Position numbers and translations under genes: made by a program. From contig JBQTGV010000168.1 of NCBI GenBank assembly GCA_052390515.1, forward strand, positions 1 to 19,592: a stretch of 19,592 nt of DNA, written 5' to 3'. Under the pieces are notes generated by a model. It was not told the DNA's origin. It saw nothing but the letters and a program-made list of their open reading frames with translations, and did no database searches. The DNA is from Candidatus Eiseniibacteriota bacterium. Its GTDB lineage: Bacteria > ARS69. This document shows, piece after piece, positions 10,175-17,639 of the stretch. The stretch's first letter is position 1, and every line of letters starts with the position of its first letter.

Positions 10175-11538
10175 TCGACCACCACCACGCGCTCGCTGCG
10201 CGTCTCGTTTCCGGCCACGAGTCGATAGAAGTAGACGCCGGACGCAACGCGCGCGCCGCCGTCCGAGTCGCGGTGCCAGGTCACTTCGTGCGCTCCGCCG
10301 GCCAGGTGCCCGCTCACGAGCGTGCGGACGAGCTTCCCGCCGACGTCGTAGAGACGAAGGCTGGCCGGGCCGGCGGCGGGGAGGGCGAAGCGGATGGCGC
10401 CGGCCTGCGACACAGGGTTCGGACGGCTGCGCTCCAGCAGGAGGCCTGCCGACGACGATCCCGAGGCGACCTCGACGCCGGTGGCGTCGACCGCCACGAA
10501 CGTCTCGAAGATCGCGTCCCAACCGCTGCCGCTGGGGAAGCCGCCGGTCGAGTTGGTGAACTCGCCGCCCGCGTACGTGTCGGACGGGACGGCCCGGGCC
10601 AGGTAGTCGGTGCCGAGCGCGGCGTTGCTGCGCAGCACGAACGCCAGGACTTCGCCCTGGCTGACCGCGAGGTTGTGCGGGGAGACGTCGAACGTCACCG
10701 TGGGGTTCGTCCCGGTGAACGGCGCGACGACGGAGCTGGCCAGGAGCGTTCCGTTCGCCGCGCCGCCCGACGTCTCCTGCACCTCGAGCACGAGGTCGAG
10801 CACCGGCGTGTTTCGCGGATCGACGACCACATCGATGCGGGTGAGCACTCCGTCGACGCCCACCGTGAACGTCTGCGTGGCGGTCAGCCCCACGGCGACG
10901 GCCGCGAAGTTCGTGGTCGGAGTCTGGCTGTTGGCTTGATCGGACGTACCGGGGCCGGGGAGGGACGCCGGTTCCGCGAACGTCTTGAAGATCATGTCCC
11001 AGCCGGCGCCGGACGCGAACGCGCCGCCCGAGTCGGTGAACTGGCCGCGCGTGTAGCGGTTCGAGGGCACGGCCCTCGCCAGGTAGTCGTTGCCGAGCGT
11101 GGCCGCGGTCGAGAGAACGAAGGCGAGAGTGTCCCCGGCCGCCACGGAGAGCGCGGCGCCGCTCACGTCGAAGGAGATGGTCGGGTTGCCCGGGGCGAAC
11201 GGCGCGACGCTCGCGCCCGCCAGGGTGTTGCCGTCGGCCACGCCGCCCACCGTGCCCTGAATGGAGAGGTCGAGGTTCGCCGCGGGCGCTCCGCGCGAGT
11301 CCACAACCACGTCCACGCCGGTCAGCGTCCCCGAGAAGCCTACGATGAACGTTTGCGACGTCGTGAAGCCGGTGCGCACCGCCGAGAAGTTCATGGTGGG
11401 GAGGGCGCTGTTGGACTGGTCGACGGCTGGAGCGGCCGCGGCCGCGTGCGGACGCACGGAATGCGCGGCCAGGACGAGGAGCGTGCCGGCCAGGAGGACG
11501 AGGATGCGGTGGAATCGGATGGAGCGGAACAGCGGCAT
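10171..11538 (-). CDS. Secreted protein: two ~155-aa tandem domains plus C-terminal FlgD-Ig/T9SS-like sorting domain, 455 aa
   Basis: Signal peptide MPLFRSIRFHRILVLLAGTLLVLAA, GGGAG RBS. Repeats DQSNS..QTF..LAFVL..DYLARAVPS..GWDxIFxTF (x2). Tail SRPNP..IRFALP..LRLYDVGGKLVRTL..GVYFYRL. Confidence 0.9.
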   Translation of the reverse strand: MPLFRSIRFHRILVLLAGTLLVLAAHSVRPHAAAAAPAVDQSNSALPTMNFSAVRTGFTTSQTFIVGFSGTLTGVDVVVDSRGAPAANLDLSIQGTVGGVADGNTLAGASVAPFAPGNPTISFDVSGAALSVAAGDTLAFVLSTAATLGNDYLARAVPSNRYTRGQFTDSGGAFASGAGWDMIFKTFAEPASLPGPGTSDQANSQTPTTNFAAVAVGLTATQTFTVGVDGVLTRIDVVVDPRNTPVLDLVLEVQETSGGAANGTLLASSVVAPFTGTNPTVTFDVSPHNLAVSQGEVLAFVLRSNAALGTDYLARAVPSDTYAGGEFTNSTGGFPSGSGWDAIFETFVAVDATGVEVASGSSSAGLLLERSRPNPVSQAGAIRFALPAAGPASLRLYDVGGKLVRTLVSGHLAGGAHEVTWHRDSDGGARVASGVYFYRLVAGNETRSERVVVVE

Positions 11539-11577
11539 GGATCGACTCCCGGAATGAGGGTTTCCTGCCCGCCCATT

Positions 11578-11603
11578 GCGCAAGGCATGAGGGAAAACCG
11601 TCA
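11578..11603 (-). promoter_or_regulatory. Candidate ECF-type promoter, copy 1 (TGAC-N4-TT-N13-CGC)
   Basis: TGACGGTTTTCCCTCATGCCTTGCGC ends 39 nt before ATG 11538; same layout as 18840-18865. Confidence 0.4.
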
Positions 11604-11710
11604 TAGGGGGAGTCCGAGGGTGTCCGTGGAGGGTCGTCCTTGTATCGTGGAGCCGAGAGTCTGCATCAGGAATCGAGCGGCGCCGGTTCCGGCTACCGGG
11701 GAGGGGATCC

Positions 11711-13195
11711 ATGAAACGACTCGCGGCCGTCGCGGCGGCGCTGCTGCCCGCGACTTCCTTCGCGCTGGTCAACGTAGAGTGGACGCAGAGCACCGCCGGC
11801 GTCTCGATCGCGGTGGACGCATCGGACAACGTGTACACCGTCAACTACGTCTACAACCCCGCCGGGGACATCTTCCTGACCAAGCGCGCGGCGGATGGCG
11901 GTCTGCTCTGGGTGAGGTCCTTCGACCAGACCACCAGCTCGGCGTGGGAGAAGGCCACCTGGGTGGCGGCCGATCACCTCGGCAACGCGCTCGTCGCCGG
12001 AACGCTCATGTCCGGATACTCGAACCCGGTCAACGCCGCGAGCATCCTCATGAAGTTCGATCCCAGCGGACAGCTTCTGTGGAGGAACGTGTACGAGACG
12101 ACGTTCGACGGTTCCTACACGCGGAAGTGCCTCGTCGACGAGGAGGGCAACATCTATGTCCTGGGGATGGGCAGCGGGCCGGCCGGGTTCGTGACCAAGG
12201 TCAAGAAGTTCGCCCCCGACGGAACGGCGCTGTGGGCCTGGTTCGACGCTGACGGCATCGGCGCCCCGATCAACTTCAAGTTCACGCCGGACGGCTACCT
12301 CGTGATCGCCGCGCGTGGCATCTACGGCAGCGTCAACGGCTACGCGAAGATCGACCGCGACGGCAACAAGGTCTGGGCCTACCCGGGCGTGAACAGCCTG
12401 ACCGTCGGCGACGCGGACGGGGACGCCGTCGGGAACACCTATCTCGTGCACGGCGAGTACGTGATCAACGGCGGCAGCACCATCAAGAAGCTGTCCCCGG
12501 CCGGCGCGCTGCTCTGGTCGAGGAACTACCCGCTCGCCGCGTTCCGCGTGGAGGTCGGCTCGGACGACCGCGCGGTCATCTGCGGGTTCCCGAATCCCAA
12601 CGTCGGGGGCGCCTCGTTCACCAAGGTGGACGCGGACGGCAACGTCGTGTGGGCGAACCCGGATGCCGATGGCGCGTACGCCCTGCTGCTGCACGCGCAG
12701 CTCATGATGGACCCGGACGACAGCATCTATCTCGCCGCCGGAACGCTGTTCGAGATGGCCGTCTGCAAGGTGCGCAGCGACGGTTCCCCGGACTGGACGG
12801 CGACGGTCACCGGCGGCTACGCCAACGGGTTCGTGCTCGGCGCAGCCGGCGACGTGTACGTGGTGGGCGGGACGACGGCGAAGCTCGGGCAGGCACCTGT
12901 TTCCGCGATCGCCGGCGGGGAGGCCGCCTCGGCGAGCACGCTGCTGGCGCAGAGCTTCCCGAACCCGTGCAGCGGGAACGCGACGATCCGGTATCAACTG
13001 CCGGCCGCGACGCATGTCACGCTCGACGTCTACGACGTGGCCGGGCGCGTCGTGAGAGAGCTCGTGAACGGCTACCAGGGGCCGGGGCAGCGCGCCGTCG
13101 ACGTCGACGTGCGCGGGCTGGCGGCGGGCGTGTACTACTATCGGCTGCAGTGCGAAGGCGTGGCCGAGACCAAGCGCTTGACCGTGACTCGCTGA
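11711..13195 (+). CDS. Secreted beta-propeller-like (SBBP-type) protein with C-terminal FlgD-Ig/T9SS-like domain, 494 aa
   Basis: Signal peptide MKRLAAVAAALLPATSFA. Repeated IAVDxxGNxY and KxxxDGxxLW blades. Tail QSFPNP..IRYQLP..LDVYDVAGRVVRELV..GVYYYRL. GGGGAGG RBS. Confidence 0.9.
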   Translation: MKRLAAVAAALLPATSFALVNVEWTQSTAGVSIAVDASDNVYTVNYVYNPAGDIFLTKRAADGGLLWVRSFDQTTSSAWEKATWVAADHLGNALVAGTLMSGYSNPVNAASILMKFDPSGQLLWRNVYETTFDGSYTRKCLVDEEGNIYVLGMGSGPAGFVTKVKKFAPDGTALWAWFDADGIGAPINFKFTPDGYLVIAARGIYGSVNGYAKIDRDGNKVWAYPGVNSLTVGDADGDAVGNTYLVHGEYVINGGSTIKKLSPAGALLWSRNYPLAAFRVEVGSDDRAVICGFPNPNVGGASFTKVDADGNVVWANPDADGAYALLLHAQLMMDPDDSIYLAAGTLFEMAVCKVRSDGSPDWTATVTGGYANGFVLGAAGDVYVVGGTTAKLGQAPVSAIAGGEAASASTLLAQSFPNPCSGNATIRYQLPAATHVTLDVYDVAGRVVRELVNGYQGPGQRAVDVDVRGLAAGVYYYRLQCEGVAETKRLTVTR

Positions 13196-13277
13196 TCGGG
13201 CCGTCGGATCCGTCCGATCGTCAAGGCGCCCTGTTTGCGCGTCGATACCTCCCGCAACCCCTCGGGAGGTCGTACTC

Positions 13278-13928
13278 ATGGTCGCGCGCCGGAACGCCCG
13301 CGTCGTTCGCTTCGCCCTCGTCGCCGTCATCGCCGCGGTGTCCTCTCTCACGGCGGCCTGCTCATCGTCGAAGGTCCTGATCCCTCCTCGCGTGGACCTC
13401 GCCCGCTACGGGACGATCGGAATGATCGGGTTCTCGTCATCCCCCGGCGAGCTCGGCGAGATGGCCAGCCGCGAGTTCCTCGCCGCGATCCACTCCGCGC
13501 AGCCCGGCACGCCGGTCCTGGAACTGGGGAACGAGGCCCGCGTCCTCGGTGCGGTTCGCGCCGACGCTCTCGATCCCCAGACGATCCGCTCCATCGGCGA
13601 GAAGTACGGCGTGGATGCGATCGTGGTCGGGGTGCTGGGAACCCAGGAAGTGAAGCCGAAGGTCTCGTTGGACCCTTCGGTAAAGTGGGTCAGCGCGTCC
13701 GCCGAGTTGGAGGGCGCGCTCGACGCGCGCATCCTGGAAACGCGCAGCGGCGCGACGATCTGGACGGCGGCGGCCCGCGCCCGGGAGCAGGTCGCGCGGG
13801 TGGACGTGTCCGGCGGCGGCCTTTCAGGCCTCGGTGCGAGTCACCCGGACGAGGCGAAGGCGCGGCTCGTCCGCGGGCTCGTCGACCAGGCCACGGTCGA
13901 CTTCTGGCCGCACTGGGAGAGGCACTAG
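13278..13928 (+). CDS. Putative lipoprotein, CsgG/LpoB/DUF799-like fold, 216 aa
   Basis: Basic N-region, hydrophobic core, LTAA|C lipobox. Pattern IGxxxGVDAIVVG..LDARILETRSGATIW. GGAGG RBS. Confidence 0.8.
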   Translation: MVARRNARVVRFALVAVIAAVSSLTAACSSSKVLIPPRVDLARYGTIGMIGFSSSPGELGEMASREFLAAIHSAQPGTPVLELGNEARVLGAVRADALDPQTIRSIGEKYGVDAIVVGVLGTQEVKPKVSLDPSVKWVSASAELEGALDARILETRSGATIWTAAARAREQVARVDVSGGGLSGLGASHPDEAKARLVRGLVDQATVDFWPHWERH

Positions 13929-15304
13929 GAGTCAGGGCACGCGCGCTGCGGGAGACCTGAACGGCGCGCCCGGGCCGACGCCGCGCCCAGCAGCATCACC
14001 ACGTACGGCCAGCACTCCAGGCGGAAGCGGTTGTTCTCGCCGAGCTCGAGCATCGTGCCGGCGGCGAGCACATACAAAGTGTGGAACGTCAAGAACAGGA
14101 CGGCGATGTCGGAGGCTCCGGCACTGCGCGCGCGCCAGACCCGCACGGAGCGCGCCGCGCCGTACGCGAGCGCCACGGCGAACAGGGCGGGCACGAGCCA
14201 ACGGGTGAGGCCGCCGGCCTCGTAGACGGCGACGAGCGCGGGTATCTTCGCCCGGTTGCCCTCGAGGAACGGACTCGACGTGGCAGAGGCGAAGAACGTG
14301 CGAGCGGCGAGTCCCACCCCGCGCAGGTAGCGTTCCGGACGTTCGCGGATGAGGGCGAAAGCGTCCTCCGCGTACTGCCGCGAGATACGCACGTACTCCA
14401 CGTGGTTGTAGTTCGGATCGCCGCTCGCGCTGGTGGCGCGGTCGAGCGCGGGAACGCCGGTGGGGGCAGCCGCGTCCTGCACGTGCCGGTAGCGATGGAA
14501 CGGCTCGAACGGCTCGCGGAGTGCGTAGGGGGAGAGCCGCCCCTCGCGGACCAACTCCGCCCGCTCCTCCAGCGGCGTCATCTGCAGGGTCACGTTCGCC
14601 AGGTTCATCCCGAACCACGTGCTGGCGGCGAACGATCCGAAGAGCACCCAGGTCCGCGCGTACCAGAGGGCGACGACGGCGATCGGACCGGCCGCGGCGA
14701 CCAGAACGATCCGCGGCCGGCGGCTCGCAGCGGCGATCAGCAGGGCCGCACCCGCCAGCCAGACCAGATGGAACATCGCGCGGGTCAGCGCGACGACGGC
14801 GAGCACGGCAAAAAACGCGAGCCCGTCACGCACCCGCCATCCCGATGCGAAGCGGTGCAGCAGCCACGCATCGACCACGAGCAGCGCGACGACCGGGTGC
14901 GTGTAGAAGAGGTGATTCTGGTAGAGGACGGTGCTCGGGGCGCAGGAGGTGACCGCGGCCAGGGCGAACGCGACGAACGCGCCGGCCCCCAGACGGCGCA
15001 ACGCGGCGTGCATCGCCAGGGCGGACGCCGCCCCGAGCGCGAGGAACACCATCCGGAAGACGACGTCCGGGCGCTCCGGCGAGATCTTCACGCCGATCCC
15101 GAGCAGCAGGTTGAAGAGCGGCGGCTGCATGTGGAGGTGCCAGAGGCTGCGCGCCAGATCGCCCCGGAGCAGATCGGGGTCGAGGTACTGGTTTAACGGA
15201 AGGAGCCCGGGGTCGAAGCGGACGCCGGCCGCCGCCACGGCGGCCCGTGACAGGGCGAACACCCCGAGCAGAAGGACCGACGGTCGGAGGATCGTTCCGC
15301 TCAC
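13925..15304 (-). CDS. Multi-pass membrane protein, probable GT-C (ArnT/PMT-like) glycosyltransferase, 459 aa
   Basis: About 9-10 hydrophobic segments, HMQPPLFNLLLG loop motif, large soluble loop, ENNRFR before the last TM. The CDS is likely; function is inferred. Confidence 0.7.
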   Translation of the reverse strand: MSGTILRPSVLLLGVFALSRAAVAAAGVRFDPGLLPLNQYLDPDLLRGDLARSLWHLHMQPPLFNLLLGIGVKISPERPDVVFRMVFLALGAASALAMHAALRRLGAGAFVAFALAAVTSCAPSTVLYQNHLFYTHPVVALLVVDAWLLHRFASGWRVRDGLAFFAVLAVVALTRAMFHLVWLAGAALLIAAASRRPRIVLVAAAGPIAVVALWYARTWVLFGSFAASTWFGMNLANVTLQMTPLEERAELVREGRLSPYALREPFEPFHRYRHVQDAAAPTGVPALDRATSASGDPNYNHVEYVRISRQYAEDAFALIRERPERYLRGVGLAARTFFASATSSPFLEGNRAKIPALVAVYEAGGLTRWLVPALFAVALAYGAARSVRVWRARSAGASDIAVLFLTFHTLYVLAAGTMLELGENNRFRLECWPYVVMLLGAASARARRSGLPQRACPDS

Positions 15305-15456
15305 GGGGCCCCCGGTTCGAGGCGCGGAGCCCGAGAGTACCGCGGAGGGGGCGTCCTGGGTATTTCCCCGGGGAGCCGCTCGGTCGGTGGGACGTTGGCC
15401 GCCTGCCCGGGGCCGCCGACGCCGATCATCGTCTCGAGTTTCGCCGGAGGTTCCGC

Positions 15457-16281
15457 ATGAGCCCTGCCCGGACCCTGCCCGCAGCCGTCGCGCTCGCCGC
15501 GCTGCTCGGAACCGCGGCGCCCGCCCGCGGCGCGTCCCACCTGTGGGTCGTCAACGAGGTGTTCAGCAACGCGGACGGTTCGATCCAGTTCATCGAGATG
15601 CACGTTCCCACGAGCGCCGCGGACGAGACCCAGATCACCAACCGCTGGCTGCGCTCGAACGCCACCGCCCAGCAGCACAACTTCACCCAGAACCTTCCGC
15701 CGGGAAGCACGGCGTTCGCGTACATGCTGCTGGCCACGCAGTCCTTCGCCGGCCTGCCCGGTGCTCCCGCTCCGGACCACATCATCCCGGCGAACTTCTT
15801 CTCCGTGACGAGCGATTCGCTGCGCTACTGGCTCTACGTCACCGGCGACCTGGGCATCTCGCCGGGAGAGGTGCCGCTGGACGGTTTGAGCTCACTCCAG
15901 CGCGACGGTTCGACCCCCGTCAACAGCCCGACGAACTTCAACGGCGAGACGGGCTCGATCGACCTCACCACCGTCTCGGCGCCCGCGCTGCAACCGCCCA
16001 CCGCGGCTCCCATCACGTCGTTCCGCGTCCTCTCGTCGGAGCCCCGCGGGTCGACGTTCACGATCGAGTTCGAGCTGAGAGATCCAGCCGACGCGCGCGT
16101 GGATCTCGTCGACGTCTCCGGAAGGACCGTGCGCAGCGTCTTCTCCGGATCGGCTTCGGGAGTGGTGCGCCGCACCTGGTCCGCCGACGAGCCGGGGGGG
16201 TGGGTCGCGGCCGGCGTCTACTTCGTGCGCCTGATCACCGCGGATGCGTCCGCGACTCGCAAGGTGGCGGTCGTCCGGTGA
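15457..16281 (+). CDS. Secreted protein with NEVFSNADGSIQFIE domain (lamin-tail-like) and C-terminal FlgD-like domain, 274 aa
   Basis: ATG 15457 with GGAGG. Signal peptide ending APARGA. Domain ends NSPTNFNGETG. Tail VDLVDVSGRTVRSV..AAGVYFVRL..KVAVVR. Confidence 0.85.
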   Translation: MSPARTLPAAVALAALLGTAAPARGASHLWVVNEVFSNADGSIQFIEMHVPTSAADETQITNRWLRSNATAQQHNFTQNLPPGSTAFAYMLLATQSFAGLPGAPAPDHIIPANFFSVTSDSLRYWLYVTGDLGISPGEVPLDGLSSLQRDGSTPVNSPTNFNGETGSIDLTTVSAPALQPPTAAPITSFRVLSSEPRGSTFTIEFELRDPADARVDLVDVSGRTVRSVFSGSASGVVRRTWSADEPGGWVAAGVYFVRLITADASATRKVAVVR

Positions 16282-16871
16282 TCGGCCGGGGGCTGGCCGT
16301 CGTGCTCGTGCTGGCCTCGACGGTCGCCTGTGCGGTGTCCGCACACACTCCGCCGAGCGCGGAGTCGTGCCGCTGCGCGTCGGTGCGCGAGAGCGCGGGC
16401 TGGTGCACGCACTGCGGCGTGGGGTACGTGGCCGGGCTGCGCGTCGAGTCGGCCACGCTGCTCGAGGCAATCGACCTCCAGGGCCACGACGTGGATGCGG
16501 GGAGCCTGGAGTGCGCGTCCTGCCGGACGGCCGCGGCGAGCGACGGGATCTGCTCTTCCTGCGGTTGGGGCTTCGCCGCCGGCCGGCTGCACGTGTCCAA
16601 GCTCGCCTGGGGTCTCGCGCTCGGCCGGCTGGAGAGTGCGGCGGAGCTCACCTGCGGAACGTGCCTGGCGCTGGCCGGCGAGTCCGGGTGGTGCGATGGC
16701 TGCGCCACGGGATGGATCGGTCGCTTCGCCTTCACCGACGCGGAGCTACACAGGGCCGTCGAGCAGGAGCACCGGCGGCTCCGCCGGGCGCTGACGCTGC
16801 TGGATCGGTGCGAGTCCTGCGCGGTCGCCCACTTCACCGGCTCCGCCTGTCCGGAGCATGCGCCGGACTGA
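16278..16871 (+). CDS. Cysteine-rich exported (lipo)protein with four C-x(1-2)-C-x9-C-x2-[CH] repeats, 197 aa
   Basis: GTG start overlaps the upstream TGA (GTGA). MIGRGLAVVLVLASTVA|C signal; 16 Cys. This is the real 3' part of track ORF 14931..16871. Confidence 0.8.
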   Translation: MIGRGLAVVLVLASTVACAVSAHTPPSAESCRCASVRESAGWCTHCGVGYVAGLRVESATLLEAIDLQGHDVDAGSLECASCRTAAASDGICSSCGWGFAAGRLHVSKLAWGLALGRLESAAELTCGTCLALAGESGWCDGCATGWIGRFAFTDAELHRAVEQEHRRLRRALTLLDRCESCAVAHFTGSACPEHAPD

Positions 16872-16925
16872 AGTGGTACGCTCCCGGCTCCGTCGGTCTC
16901 GGCCGCGGAAGCGAGGAGCGGAGCG

Positions 16926-17369
16926 ATGACGAACTGGACCCGGCGAATCCGTTGGGCGGAGCAGCACGGCGACGTGCTCTTCGACCTCGTGCGGATCTAC
17001 CTCGGAGTGGGCCTGTTCCTCAAGGCCGTCTACTTTCTCACCCACCGCGACTACCTGATCTCGGTGATCGAATCATCCGGCAACGCCTGGATCGTGCCGG
17101 CGGCGATCGCGCACGTGGTGATTCTGGCGCATCTCGCCGGAGGTCTGTCGCTCGCCTCGGGCCTGGTCACGCGTGCCGGCGCGCTCATCCAGATCCCCGT
17201 GCTGGTCGCCGCGGTCTTCCGCGTGCATCTGCCGCACATGGCCTCCATCGAGGAACGGCAGAACGTGGAGTTCTCGGCGCTGGTGCTCTTCCTGCTCGTG
17301 CTGATCTCGCTGCGCGGCGGCGGACCCTTGTCGCTGGACGCGAAGATGGAGCGCCGCGCTCCTGCCTGA
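16926..17369 (+). CDS. DoxX-family membrane protein, 147 aa
   Basis: LVRIYLGVGLFLKA, GGLSLASGLVTRAGA, AVFRVH, EFSALVL, GGGPLSLD; four TM segments. Confidence 0.9.
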   Translation: MTNWTRRIRWAEQHGDVLFDLVRIYLGVGLFLKAVYFLTHRDYLISVIESSGNAWIVPAAIAHVVILAHLAGGLSLASGLVTRAGALIQIPVLVAAVFRVHLPHMASIEERQNVEFSALVLFLLVLISLRGGGPLSLDAKMERRAPA

Positions 17370-17371
17370 GC

Positions 17372-17440
17372 TTCGCACTGCAGGCGCAGGTCGGCTTCGG
17401 CTACGGGACGCTCGGACTCGGCGGAACCTGGATGTTCTGA
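17372..17440 (+). pseudogene. Orphan 3' end resembling the last beta-hairpin and beta-signal of an outer-membrane barrel
   Basis: FALQAQVGFGYGTLGLGGTWMF-stop: alternating pattern, terminal W-x-F, GC3-rich codons, no start of its own. Confidence 0.5.
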
Positions 17441-17461
17441 GAACCGAGCCGCGGACAGCCG

Positions 17462-17617
17462 GGTGGAGTCCTGGTTCGCAGGATCAGGACACTACCCGCC
17501 CAGCTCACCAACGTGGACACCTACGGCGTCGCCTATGACGACCTGCGGCTCACCCCGGCGGATCCGGTGTCGACCGCACCGTCCGCCTGGGGGAGCGTGA
17601 AGTCGCTGTACCGCTGA
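17462..17617 (+). pseudogene. Orphan 3' end of a secreted-protein gene ending in a WGxxKxxYR tail
   Basis: GGVLVRRIRTLPAQLTNVDTYGVAYDDLRLTPADPVSTAPSAWGSVKSLYR-stop. Codon usage is host-like from ~17495. In-frame stop at 17438-17440; only possible start is GTG 17513. 5' boundary uncertain. Confidence 0.65.
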
Positions 17618-17639
17618 GCCGCGGGCCGCTCGGGCGCGG

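Noticed and set aside
7046-13351. ORFs 7046..10228 (+), 10273..12252 (+), 8805..10247 (-), 11693..13351 (-)
   Set aside because: Arg/Gly/Ala-rich shadow or alternative frames overlapping well-supported genes.
14931-16277. N-terminal ~450 aa of ORF 14931..16871
   Set aside because: Overlaps two real genes in other frames; only 16278-16871 looks coding.
16368-16860. Multiheme cytochrome c call for the Cys-rich protein
   Set aside because: No CxxCH motif.
16244-17371. ORF 16244..17440 as a full-length OMP
   Set aside because: Only the last 22 codons look OMP-like; the rest is an off-frame reading of the Cys protein and doxX.
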